Assembly (NCBI GenBank): GCA_964016885.1
Contig: OZ024741.1
Span: forward strand, 83,018,001-83,082,000
Source of the DNA: Eledone cirrhosa
Lineage: Eukaryota
Direction: 5' to 3'
DNA: 64,000 bases
This document shows positions 1 through 12,540 of the stretch, piece by piece (the first letter of the stretch is position 1; the number at the start of each line of letters is the position of its first letter). The translations under genes and the position numbers were made by a program. The notes beneath the pieces are model-generated. The model did not search any database. It saw only the letters and a list, made by a program, of their open reading frames with translations, and had not been told where the DNA came from.

Positions 1-508
1 GTGCTATTTAAATGTAAGTGGTTTAACAGTGCTGAAGCGTTTGTACCCTTAACATAATTGTCAGGGAGAATTAACTTGACGGAATATGGGACGAGACTGA
101 ATTACAGGTGCAAACCATCCGATGCGTTTGAAAATAGCTTAACGTGTACAAATGTAGAAATTTTTTCACGTTCTTGGATTGTACCTGGGAATTCGTGATT
201 ACGAAGCACATGTCTTAAGCAATTGGCCAAGCTGCATCCTTTTAAACATTAATCAGAGTCATCATGTTAACAACAGGCAAATCAATGTATGTTAGAATTA
301 ATATTATACTAATGGGTTATATCAACACAAGAGTCATGCTAATGCAATGCACATGTTTATAAATAAAGTCCAAACATTATTAATTTGCGGCCTGATTTGA
401 TATTTTCCTATTAAATCGTAAACTAATAATAAAAGTTTCTAGGGATTTGTTTTAATAGACACATACACTCGGACAGACACATACACAAACACACAGACAC
501 AGCCATAC

Positions 509-509
<1 letters not shown>

Positions 510-587
<78 letters not shown>

Positions 588-601
588 TAGATATATGTAT
601 A

Positions 602-669
<68 letters not shown>

Positions 670-700
670 TAGATATATGTATATATATATACATAAATGT
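510..700. repeat. (TA)n microsatellite; similar tracts recur throughout (e.g. 2199-2248, 5600-5647, 8290-8390, 9408-9480, 18425-18482, 19638-19712, 22016-22080, 52933-53255, 63700-63742)
   Basis: Direct dinucleotide repeats; source of the YIYIYI ORFs in the track. Confidence 0.98.
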
Positions 701-769
701 GTGGGTGTGTGTGTGTGTAAATGCATATATATATATAAGTATATATAGAGAGACTGTGGCGCTGAGATT

Positions 770-1050
770 GGGGAAACCACTAATCATGGGAGTAATCAAC
801 GCCCTGGCACCGCGGTCGGGATAATAAGTATATATATATATATTTACACATACACACATATATATATTTTTTTGAACGATCGACTTTCGTCAAATCGGAC
901 CGAGGAACCAATGTTTCCATTGGTCTTTCCAATCCAGGTAGAAGGAGCAACGTGAAATAAAGTGTCTTTCTCAAGGACATAATGCATAGCCCGGTGCGAG
1001 AATCGAACTCACAATATCCCGATTGGGAATCCACTCTAACCACTCAGTAT
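770..1050 (-). mobile_element. tRNA-derived SINE, diverged
   Basis: Minus strand has an A-box-like TGGTTAGAGTGG and B-box GAGTTCGATTC, followed by GTCCTTGAGAAAGACACTTTATTTCAC, a typical SINE body. Confidence 0.65.
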
Positions 1051-1099
1051 ACAAAATCACTGATTGGTAGATCCCTCCTCCTCCCCTACTCCTGCTCAT

Positions 1100-2050
1100 T
1101 CTTCTTCTTCTTCTTCTTCTTCTTCGCCGCCCATTCACTCCTGAGAAGGCCATGGGGACAGAGACCTGAAACATGCCTGCCCGTAAATCTTGTCAAAAGT
1201 AAACGTCTCCAATTATACGGCTAGATGCCCAATCTCATGGGCGTTATCCAAACATCTTTCTCGAGCTCAACCACTGGGTCTCCTACTGATTGGGTTTGGC
1301 CGTAAAATCTATCCAGCGATTCTTTCCTGGGACATGCTAACCACATGCATATTGTATCTATCAATTCGGAGAACTAGGGTCTCTATCTCAAGTGAAGCTC
1401 TAATGACCGAATTACGCACTCCATTTAGAAACTTACCTCCATAAAACATTCGAAGTAATCCCATTTCAGCTGCTTGTATTCGTGATCGAATTCTTTCGAT
1501 CATTACAAAAGATTCATGTCCATATTGAAGAGTTGGTATGAATACCGAATTGAAGATAAAAAGTTTGACTCTTACAACTACTTCTGTTCTTCTGATTAAT
1601 GAATTCTTAACCTGGTGCATTACTGCACCATATTCCTAAAATCCTTGAAATTAATTCAGCCTCCTGACTTCTATCCCGCATGAACATGGCACCGAGATAC
1701 TTGAACACATGTACCTGCTTCAATGGAGCTCGATTCACATGTAGAGTGCACTGCACAGGCCTCCTTGAGAGGACGAGTGTCTCAGGTTTTACAGCCCTGA
1801 TTTTCCATCCAGCCTGCAACACGCGAGTAGAAGTCGGAGATCACCTTCTGTCGAGTTAAATAACACCATGCCGCCTCCAAATTCTAGCCAACTGACGTTG
1901 AAGATATCAGTCACGACACCACTTCCAAACCGGATGCGTATGTCAATCCTGTTTAAGTAAATACTGATTAGGACAGGTGACAGTACGCACTCCTGATTTG
2001 AACACAGGTAAATATTTATATATACGTTTATGTAGTTTAACTCCATTACC
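1100..2050 (-). mobile_element. RTE-clade LINE 3' fragment (degenerate RT C-terminal part) with (GAA)n tail
   Basis: Translated pieces QECVLSPVL, FKYLG, IQAAEMGLLR..GVRNSVIRASLEIETLVLRIDR; (TTC)n at 1100-1125; homologous to 19870-21490, 24910-25440 and 57560-58237. Confidence 0.85.
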
Positions 2051-2197
2051 CTAGGATGGATTTTACAATTGTGTAGAAAGCCATGAAATTTACCAGCAAT
2101 TCAAAAGTGCATCATTGTGTCAGGCAGATTCTCTATCGAATTACATTCAGATAACGCGTGTGTATGAAACATTCATCCACATATCACTCTAATGCAA

Positions 2198-2251
<54 letters not shown>

Positions 2252-2371
2252 GCACATATAAGCACAAACATACATACATATTACTCCCACATGCATATAC
2301 AAACAGACACACAGGCACGTACATACATACACACACGCACATGTTGAGCACTCTACTGACTTATATTCATC

Positions 2372-4474
2372 ATGCAGAAACAATATCTGAATATTTCTAC
2401 AAAGAACATACCCGTACCAAGCAGGAAAACATACCTAAAACTCCTGATACAGAAAACAGACGCGTTCATTAAAAGGTTGCGTTGGCGTACCTTTTATTTC
2501 GATAATCCGCGAAAAGCAGACAACAAACAGGATAAATTTGGATTTAAAACCTATAATAACTCCCCGTGTAACCCAGCATTGCTACCCTTCGAAAATGATG
2601 TCTTGGAACTCATTCGGAGTATCAAATTTCGGAATAGGAGCAATTCCTTCCGAAAGGACCTGAAGAATAGAATTTGTTCTATTAAGGATTCTAATGCCGT
2701 GCACCTCCATTCCGACAAAACTGGCAACCTATATCAAGTGGGGCGCAGTACTTACCATCAGCTACTACATAATGCTGTAACTAAGGATTACCGTAAAACT
2801 AATCGGTGCGTCATCAATGAAATCAACGTGGCTGGGTTTAAAATCACATCTGATCTCAACATCCTGGACCGGACCGAACCTCTGGATCCTATTTCTCCCC
2901 ACTTTACCCTGAAGGATCACAAATCCAATTTTCCGAACAACCCCTCTATTCGGCTTATTAACCCTACGAAGTCCGATTTAGGTAGACTTAGTAAAACGAT
3001 TCTTGATAGAATTATACCTGAAATTAGAAGTTTGGCCCCTCTTGCACTGTGAAACAATTCTTTCGCGGTGATTGATTGGTTCAACGGCATATGTAACAAG
3101 AAACATTGCCGTTTTATCCAATTCGACATCAACAATTACTACACCTCCATCACTTTACCACTTCTCCTTAGAGCTATCAATCTCGCTAAAACACTCACAG
3201 TGGTTAAGGATTTCGAAGTTGATGTCATCCTCAATGCCCGTAAGTCGGTGATTAATTTCGACGACTCTATTGGGATTAAACAATCCAATAGTACCCCATT
3301 CGACGTAAGTATGGGCGCCAGTGATTCTGCGGAGGTTACTGATCTTATCGGCCTTTTCCTTCTTTTCTCTAGCAAGGACGAATCCCCCAACGCGGGCGGT
3401 GGTTTGTACCGTGACGATGGTCTTTTGACCATGACTAAGTGCGAACCTCGTGCTTGCGACAGGTTCAGAAAAGAACTCACAGCCTTCTTTAAAGGCTTCA
3501 ACCTCTCTATACAGGTTGAGGCCAATCTCTCAGTCGTTAATTACCTCGACGTTACCCACAATTTATTGAATGGGTTGTATTACCCGTATAGAAAGCCGAA
3601 TGATACGCTTAATTACATAAGTAAGCATTCCAACCATCCTGCCAGCATAACCAATAACCTGGTAAGAAACGTTTCGTTGAGGCTTTCCCGTCTTTCCACC
3701 AACGAGCGTATTTTCAAAGACCATTCCACTTATTACACTGAAGCTCTTGCTCGAAGTGGATTTGTCGATAAGGTAGCATATACAGAGTACGAAAATAGAC
3801 CTAGAAGAAATAGATCCCGTCGCATTTGTTGGTATAACCCACCATATAATATGGAGGTGGCCACACCATTAGCCAATATCTTTATTTCCCTTATTACGAA
3901 GCATTTTCCCCCTACACATAAATATAGTAAAATTTTTAATAGAAATACTATTAAAATGTCTTACTCTACGAGTACTAACCGTGCACATAACATCACAGCT
4001 TCAAATTTAGCTAAACTACCTAGCCGTAGGAACAGGTGCTACCCTGTAGTTAGTACTAACTGTAATTGTAGGAATCGGGTTGATTGCCCCCTATCCGGGA
4101 AATGCCTCTCTAGTAACATTGGCTACAAATGTAAGGTGGTAACGCCCACGTCCCGTAGGGCCTACATAGGGTTAACTGCCAATAGATTCAAGCAGCATCT
4201 TTACATGCATACCCATTCTTTTCGTTACCCTCTAAGAAGGAATATGACGTCACTTTCAGCTTATATCTGGAGTCTAAAAGACAACCACACCCAATATAAG
4301 TTACACTGGGAGATCCTAGCTGGGGCTAGATCGTATAACGGAAATAAAAGACCATGTGACCTCTGCGCCGCTGAGGCCCTGGAAATACTCTACGCCACAG
4401 ACCACATCTTAAACAAAAAATCTGAGGCAATTTCGGCTTGTAAACATAAATTGCACAAAACCTTCCTGTATTAA
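2372..4474 (+). pseudogene. PLE reverse transcriptase/GIY-YIG endonuclease ORF (700 codons) interrupted by one in-frame TGA at 3050-3052; tentatively Hydra-clade type
   Basis: ORFs 2372-3052 and 3068-4474 share a frame; motifs TLKDHK..RLINP, FIQFDINNYYTSI, FDVSMGA, GLYRDDGL, VNYLDV, WYNPPY, linker CNCRNRVDCP (CxCx5C), YIGLT, CDLC..E, LN..E..CKH. Confidence 0.9.
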
Positions 4475-5438
4475 AGCCCCACGTTATACCCTAACGGATA
4501 GTACGATCTATACGTGGATATTTTACGTCTTGATGTGGGAGCTAAGTATATGTTCTGTTTATACCATTACTTATTTGCATAGGTAAGTATATATTACCCG
4601 TATGTTTTTTGAAGGTAAGTATACCTTCTCGTACGTATATTTGATTGTTTATGTTATGGCGTATAATTTGATATATTCTGGTACATATGGTTTGGTTATG
4701 TGTATACGGGAGTTTTGCGTCTGTGTGAGTATGCAGGTTGGTACGTATGTAGGGTGTGTGTATATGTGTACTTCTTGTTTTGGTTGACTTACGTCTCCGT
4801 ACATTCGTGTATTTACATGTAGGTATGTGTGTGCGCCTGTTATATACGTATTTATTTATTTATATACGTTTATAAAATTATTTATTTATTTGTATACACG
4901 CATACACACACACACATATTTATATGTGCGTGGTTTTGTATACCTATGGTAAGTGTTTTGCGTATGCTTGTGTATGTACGTATTTGTTTGCGTGTATGTA
5001 TTTATTTATTTCTATTACTTCTGTATTGTATTTATTTACTTTATTCTTAACTCTGTAGCGGAGATTCATTCGGTCTCCTAGTTAGAATTTTAGTCTACGA
5101 CTTCTGCTATACCATTTACGTGATTTTGTCTTTGCGTGCTATTGTTCTCCACGCTCCACATATGACGTATTATCTTCGTTTTTTTCGTTCATTGCCAGAG
5201 AACGTCTCTATGAACCACCTAAGTGAACATTAGTCTACGACCTCTTTTATACCATAAACGTGGTTCTGTCTTTGCGCGTACTTGTTTTTCACCGCTCCTA
5301 TTAGTGACGTATTATATTCGTTTTTTCCCGTACCTTGCCATCGAACGTTCCCACAAACCAAAGTATCGTCTTCCTGTCTTCCTCATGTTTGCAACGTTTT
5401 TGAAATATCCACTTCTGCGTTTACAAATTGACTTTGTT

Positions 5439-5489
5439 AGTTTCAGAAGATCCCGTTAAGGGTGAAAGCAGCGATTCTTTGCTTAAACT
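5439..5489 (+). ncRNA. Hammerhead-ribozyme-like fold, type I, variant core CAGAAGA
   Basis: AGTTT-CAGAAGA-tcccgttaagggt-GAAA-gcag..ttgc-TT-AAACT; stem I AGTTT/AAACT and stem III AGCAG/TTGCT pair; located at the PLE 3' end. Confidence 0.6.
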
Positions 5490-5596
5490 TTAATCTGTTA
5501 TTTTAATAAATATTTGCTATACTGTTCTTATATATTTGATATATATTTATCCTTATCGAGCCCTCTTTGGATTTTAGTCTTCAAATTTATTATTAT

Positions 5597-5649
<53 letters not shown>

Positions 5650-5784
5650 AGTCCTTTCCTCCGTTATTTTTACTATATATATATATATATAAAGTGTTAA
5701 ACAATATTCAACGATTATGTCAAAGAATGAGTTTTACAGTAGATTGGAAACACTTTACGTAAAATAATTTTCCGGAGTTATTAA

Positions 5785-7894
5785 TATTAAAATATAAATA
5801 TTAATAATATAGATGTTCTTTTGATCAATTACATGTTATTATACATATTTTGGATGTACAACAGTACGTTCTCATCAGACAAAATATAATGATATATGAC
5901 ATACCCTGAGATGTTAAATGGTTAAGGTAGTGATTAACCCAAGAGAACATTTTACATATATAGCCTAATTATGAGAAAATGCGAAAACGTAATAAATTCA
6001 TTAGAGAATGTGTGAGTAAGAAAAACGTTGCTTACTGTAACTGTTCTAGAGATTTTAAAATCTGAAATGAAATAACGCTCGAATGAATGACACTTGTTCA
6101 ATAACATGCCGGAACATTGATACACATAACAATATTTTATTAACTTTGATAAGTACCATCATTTCTTTATTTCTTTTTTTCTCTATCCATCTTCCTATCT
6201 ATGCTTATAATTTAGTCTAATACGCAATCCATACTTATTTACGAAACTTATCTACAAATGTGAATTTTTTATGCATTTTTGATCTCTTTTAAATTTTAGT
6301 CTAATACGCAATCTTTACATTTTTATGGAACTTGTCTATACCTGTGAATTTATAATGAGTTTTTGATCTCTTATTTATAGTATAATATAATATAGTATAT
6401 ATATATATATATATTTTTTTAAATATATTTACTGCACTTTAAAATCTAAAATTTAAGACAGATTCAAACTTATATATAAATGTGAATTTTTGCTGCACTT
6501 TTGATCTCTTATTTATAATATAATGTATTATAATATGTATGTAGTTATATATTATATTTTATATATTTTTAAATATTTTTAAATATACCTACCACATTTC
6601 TATATATATGATTCAAATATAGAGAAAATAACCAAACTAAAAATTATAGACATTATTTTGAACTCTGAATTATCCATGCACTCATTATTGTTTTTCTTAT
6701 ATATATATATGTATTTAAATATAACACGTTGAACTCTACTTTATAAAATTATAACTGTTATCATTTACCTTAAGTATACTACACCACTAATACATAATAT
6801 ATATCTATATATATATACCTCCCTATATCTTCCTATACACACTTTTTACTTAACTTCTAACTTTCTTGATTACGTACACTCTGAACTAAGAATAATTAAT
6901 GCCTCAATTTATTTTTATTTTTCGTTATCATTTACCTAAAATATACTGGATCAATAATATATATCTATATACATAATCGTTATTTAAATATTTCTAACAA
7001 TAAATACTTCAGAAGCATTACATACCTAATATGTTTATATCTTGGTTAAAGAATAATTAATACATTTACACCCATTTATACATAGGTGTATATTTAACCT
7101 TAACATGCCTCAATCTCTTATTTTATTTTATTTTTATCTTCGTCGTTATTATTTACCTAAAATATACTGGCTCATTAATATATACCTATATACATAATCG
7201 TTATTTAAATATTTATAACAATAAGTAATTCAAAAACCTTACATACCTAATATGTTGGTATATTTGTTAAAGTTTAAATTTGGGTAAATAATCAACAGTA
7301 TAATATTTCATTCTTTATGTGCCAGCTAAATCCTTTAAATATTACCCTCACAAAATTCAGAAGCTTAGAAATGATAAGACACTTATCGAATTTATAAAAA
7401 TAATATATAAATAACCAGCAAATAATCCTGAAATCTGGAGTCTTCACCCTAATATAATAAATTATAAATTAAATATTTTCAAATTTAACCGTTTAACTTT
7501 CGGAAAGAATTTCCTTCTGCATATATCCCCCTTTGTCTTTCCCTCTTTATATATCATTTTCCAGTGGCTATCACTGGCTGCTATGATTCATGAGATGTTT
7601 TCCTAGATATATCGTAATATCATACATTTTAAAATCTCTAGTAAGCAACGTTTTTCTTACTCACACATTCTCTAAAGAATTAATTACGTTTTCGCATTTT
7701 CTCATAATTAGGCTATATATGTAAAATGTTCTCTTGGTTTAATCACTACCTTGATTAAATCTTAACCATTTAACATCTCAGGGTATGTCATATATCATTA
7801 TATTTTGTCTGATGAGGACGTACAGTTGTACATCCGAAATATGTATAATAAAATGTAATTGATCAAAAGAACATATATTTTATTAATATTTATA

Positions 7895-7902
<8 letters not shown>
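5785..7902. mobile_element. Non-coding element with ~275-bp inverted termini (5785-6060 / 7627-7902), each carrying a hammerhead motif; probable non-autonomous PLE derivative
   Basis: Arms are reverse complements; AT-rich interior with tandem duplications (about 6200-6540 and 6760-7270); (TA)n nearby on both sides. Confidence 0.75.
7801..7855 (+). ncRNA. Minimal type I hammerhead ribozyme, canonical core
   Basis: TATTTTGT-CTGATGA-ggacgtacagttgtacatcc-GAAA-tatgta-TA-ATAAAATG; stems I and II pair, stem III is near self-complementary; the mirror copy at 5832-5886 (-) has GAAA changed to AAAA. Confidence 0.8.
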
Positions 7903-7932
<30 letters not shown>

Positions 7933-7939
<7 letters not shown>

Positions 7940-8230
7940 AAAAAGAGATGAAATCGAAAATGCAACTGGAGTCTTATTTTTTTTTTAAATATATATATTT
8001 ATTTGGTTCCTTTACCGGTTTCGCAGTTCTTCTGCCTTTCAAAAGTAGAGTTGAGATGGAGGGTCTGTGATTTTTCTCACATACCCTCCATCTCACAGAC
8101 TCTCCATCTCAACTCTACTTTTGAAAAGCAGAAGAACTGCGAAACCGGTAAAGGAGCCAAATAAATATATATATTTTAAAAAAAAATAAGACTCCAGTTG
8201 CATTTTCGATTTCATCTCTTTTTCTTTATA
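7933..8230. repeat. Near-perfect ~300-bp palindrome between (TA)n tracts; inverted PLE pseudo-LTR pair
   Basis: 7933-8070 is the reverse complement of about 8090-8230 with very few differences; the right arm continues to about 8290. Confidence 0.85.
8115..8156 (+). ncRNA. Minimal type I hammerhead ribozyme, U3-A8 core variant
   Basis: CTACTT-TTGAAAA-gcag aagaa ctgc-GAAA-ccgg-TA-AAGGAG; palindromic CCGG stem III; the mirror copy at 8007-8048 (-) has A9 changed to G. Confidence 0.75.
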
Positions 8231-8284
8231 CTTTCACTCGTGTAGGACACCTCGGTTATTTTTAAATTTGTAAAAAAAACTCAC

Positions 8285-8396
<112 letters not shown>

Positions 8397-8409
8397 TTAT
8401 ATACATATA

Positions 8410-8650
8410 TAGTAATAATAAATACAAAGGCCAAAAGACAAAAAGGGGCACGATAAGTGTTGTATATAATTATATATAAATATCGGTAGAGCAAATATTC
8501 ATTATTACTACAGATTAGAATTTAAGCGAAAAGCTTCTACTTTCATCCTTGGCAGGATCGTCTGAGATTCAGATGACCCTGCTTAGGGTGAAAGCAGAAT
8601 GTTATTTATTTATTTTCTTTGCTTAAACTTTCAATCTGGAATAAATAAAC
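8410..8650. mobile_element. Head-to-head pair of PLE 3' ends related to 5440-5600, each starting with a CAGANGA hammerhead-like core
   Basis: 8410-8564 (-) aligns by eye to 5444-5600; 8570-8650 (+) aligns to 5444-5510; 5-bp junction at 8565-8569. Confidence 0.75.
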
Positions 8651-9403
8651 ATATTTATATACATATATTCATATATATATATCACATTGGAGGTTTAATT
8701 TTTATTTATTTTAATGCACCGAAACTAGTCGTATCCTATATATAGACCATATTGATTGTCTACACTAGAAGCAAACCGTAAGTTTTCAAGCACAGGCTAC
8801 TAATCAATGTAATGCATATGAAAGGTTTAAAGGTTTAAACTCCTATCATTTGTATTATTTTCTAGACATCAGTATTCTTATTTATAACATAATTGATTTA
8901 GCTAAAGCAAGTGTGAACTTCAGTTTTCAGTTGAATAAATGAGTAATCATCACACAAAGCTCTGCCTCTACATACACTACTACTTTATATTGATAATTCG
9001 AGTTATTTTTCTCCTTCAGAGCTTGTCATTTGTGTAAATGTTATTATATTATATATTATATTACATTATATTGTATTTATGAAATTATATTCGTATCAGA
9101 CATTAAGCATATATATATATATATTGATAGTTATAGATGGGGATAATGTGGGTGTCGGGGAAATTATATTTCCATATAAGAAGCTTCGGTAACTTAATCA
9201 ATGTCCCTAATTTATTGATAAATGTCCAATATAGTAAGGTATCATTATTGGACTTGTTATGTGATGTGGTGAAGTTTTGCTGCTGTGTTTGTTGTTGCTA
9301 TAGTGGCTCTAACATATGAACAACATATGATGCGTATTTACAATACCGATTTATTTCATCAGTTCCAAAGCCCTACGTTAATATTATATCGGGCGAGGAG
9401 ATA

Positions 9404-9464
<61 letters not shown>

Positions 9465-11039
9465 TTTATATATATATATATATGTATACTGTATGATAAA
9501 CTGATATTTATTTAATCATAACCAGAAATAATGATATATTCAGTTGGCTTTCCCGTGATTAGCTTTGATGAAATAGTTTAGTGATTTTACCAGTACACAT
9601 GGACCTAAAGATAATGTGGTTTATGAATAACGTGATAATGAAATTTACAGCGAACACCAATATATATAAACCTGACCTATTACATATTTTATTGTATAAT
9701 ATATTTTGTTGGTGTCTTTTAAGGATGTAGATGCAAGTCTTACCTTAAAAAGAATCGTCAAATGAAGTGGCTTCATGAAGAACCCAAGCCCCTAGTTGTT
9801 CAGTTATCAAATTCACTGCCTTATGATTGGGAATTCAAAACTGAAACCACTAGGCAACTCGTGTTCACTGTGTAGGCACTGCCCTTGCATGAGTTCAAGT
9901 TACCCAATAATTTTGATTGAATAGTCTGTTTGGCGCCTGACCTAGCTGGTGTATGCACTTGCCGATGCTTTCTGAACTAGTATTGTAATTCAGGAAAGAA
10001 AATGATTGAATTCATGCTTTTTTCTCTTTGTGAGTAATATTTGGTTTGGGATGTCTAGCGATGAATTGGAAGAGTAGATAAGGAGTTTTTAGTTGTTCCA
10101 GCTCTGCGATGGGTGCTAAAAATGGAGGAATCTATCTTCAAATATAAAACCTATTTTGAATACTTGTAACATAATGATATCCGTTAATGTTATCCAACGA
10201 GGATATGATCGCGCTTTGCCGAGTGACATTTTAAAACTACTTCACAAGAACTCTGAAAGAACAATTGCTTTGAGACATTCCATCTGATGCTCTTACAATC
10301 CACAGGCGTGGATTGGTTCTCTATTTTATGGACGCTGAAAGCCTAATACGTAACTAACTTTTTTAAGACAGAGTCTATAGGACAAATCTTCTCATATATG
10401 CTACTAATATGCTATTCAAATACTATTCATATGCCATTGTTATCTTATTCTTATACTTAACAATATATCAATGTTATTCTTAACATGTATATCGATCAAT
10501 TGTCGTTCCGATAGTTACAAATCTACTGACACTTTGATCTTCGCTGTATAACGAACTGGTTCTCTATTTTGGATTGCATTGTTCCATATAAATTCCGTAA
10601 CATATTATTATGCAAGAAATGCATCGTAGCATTATGTGGACACTAAATCGGTTTCTGCCTGAAATATTTCTACTGCGTCTAACCAACCATCCAAACCTTT
10701 GCCAATGGACTTACAATTCAGTTTGAATGTGAAATGCTTTGGCATCTGACTACTTAAAATCGCCACACAATAGTTATTCAAAGGAATTCAAGGTACAAGT
10801 ACAAATTGTACTGTGGCTTGCTAAATGCAATCTTTATTATGTAGTATGTGGACCCGTAATATATGATGGAGTCCTATGTTTGTTTTAGTGTTGTAAGGCG
10901 TGTATTGGGCATTTTAAATCTAGCGGAGCTCATCTCATTACATTCTGAACACAGCTGATTTCATCGACAATAGAAGAGGTACAACATGAATGAGAGGACC
11001 TCAGAATGCGGAGGAATTGGCCCCACTAACTTTAATTTT

Positions 11040-11600
11040 GATATTGGTTTCTGAATTAGGCACACGGTCAATACGTGTACGGGAGGGGAATGTCAATTAT
11101 ATCCACCTCAGTTATTCATTGATTCTTTCTTCGTATTACATATGTCGAAAGGATGCGTGGTATTGTTGAAGGCGGTGAGATTTAAATTCGGCTAGTAGAT
11201 TAAAATGAAATATCGGAAAGCATTATGATCGACGCTCTAACGGTTCTGTCAATTTATCTTATACTATGCGATCTAAGTTGGAGAAATAACGGCTACTTTA
11301 TTTATGAATCATAATGGCAATGGGAATCTACTACAACTAATCCTGCCAAGTATGACTTGGTAGCGTGTAGCATGTACCAAGCTTTCTTTAAGGATTTTAA
11401 AAGCCCATGTCGTCGCGAGTAGACACAGATGCCCTCTCATCCAATATTTCACAACTGGAAGGAGTGGTGTGTAATAGCCTTTTACGGATGGTATTTCTAC
11501 CGACCCCTGAAATATGAAGTGCAAAGTGGACCTCGCTGATGTTTGAACTGGGAAATTAAAAACCGGGAACGAGTAAACAACGCTCCAACGACGCCGTCGG
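11040..11600 (-). mobile_element. Two degenerate SINE remnants (about 11040-11250 and 11460-11600)
   Basis: Diverged reverse complements of the GAGTTCAAAT..GAGGTCGACTTTGCCTTTCATCC SINE segment. Confidence 0.5.
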
Positions 11601-11959
11601 ACAATATTTACATTAAAAAGCCTTTCGAGTGTACAAAATTCAATTAATATCCTCCGAGCTATAAAGTTCGCAGAAAATATTTTAACACGCTTTATCAGCA
11701 GAAACTATTCAAAGTGTGATAGATACATAGGTTGTTTAGATATTAATGCTTAAATGTATTTGATTGGCTTCAAAGCTTGAAGGAACTTACATTTAGTTTG
11801 TCACATCTGAAAATAATTTTCAAGTACTTTTACAGTGGACAGCGGTAGCAAAGTGCCGGAGGTGTTTGATATCGTAAAGAGTTCAAATGGCATTATGGTT
11901 TCTTCATTTCCTTAGTTTATTGATTAATCTAAATGGATAGACAAACTGATAGCAGAGAT

Positions 11960-12540
11960 GATCATGATAATGATGATGGGTGTTGGTGGCTGTGGTGGCA
12001 TTGATGTTATTGTTGTTGGTGGTGGTGCTGGTGGTGGTGTTGATGGTAGTGCCTGGTGCTAGTGATGGTTAAAGTGGGGATTGTGGGTGTGATAGTAGTT
12101 GTGTGGAAGATGACGGAGTTGGTTTGTGGGGGAATTAGTCACTGTTTTGGGGAAAATGATGAAGGTGGTGGTGGTTTTTGATGATCATGAGAGTGGTGGT
12201 AGTAGGGTATCCTGGCTGCGGTAATGTTGATGGTGGTTACTTTGATGATAATTATGAAGATGGTGTTGGTGTGTGTGTGGGGGGGGGGGGGAGGTGTAGT
12301 TGTGTTGGTGATGATGATGGGCATAATGATGGTGAGGATGCAGCTGCTGTTGCCTTTGGTGTGAGAGAACATGGCGAGGGTAATGGTGTTGGTGGAAGTG
12401 GTGTTGCAACTGCTGGCAGTGGTGATGATGGAGATGATAGTAGTTATGATAATTGGTTTATGGAAGTGCTACCTATTCTGATGGTAAAGGCGTTATCCTA
12501 ATATTAGTGATGGTTATGGCGGTAATAGTGATAATGCATG
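11960..12540. repeat. Degenerate (GGT/GAT)n low-complexity region
   Basis: Runs of GGT/GAT/GTT triplets; the ORFs here are compositional artefacts. Confidence 0.7.

Larger units (their letters stand above)
2255..5600 (+). mobile_element. Penelope-like element (PLE), near full length, RT plus C-terminal GIY-YIG endonuclease, between (TA)n tracts
   Basis: Long ORF with PLE motifs, ~1.1 kb 3' region with an internal ~140-bp duplication (about 5090-5330) and a hammerhead-like fold, TA tracts on both sides. Confidence 0.9.

Noticed and set aside
58-198. Short frame GRINLTEYGTRLNYRCKPS..LTC..W, vaguely sushi/CCP-like
   Set aside because: Bounded by stops, lacks the full Cys pattern and convincing splice sites
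3050-3052. Selenocysteine codon as in Naiad PLEs
   Set aside because: Position appears to be Trp rather than Cys, the endonuclease is C-terminal (Naiads have it N-terminal), and no SECIS was recognised by eye
5785-7902. MITE/DNA transposon interpretation of the inverted-repeat elements
   Set aside because: Arms are often of unequal length, contain hammerhead cores, and one pair is homologous to a PLE 3' end; a PLE origin fits better, though not proven
12139-12501. Gly/Asp- or His-rich ORFs
   Set aside because: Derived from degenerate GGT/GAT low-complexity sequence
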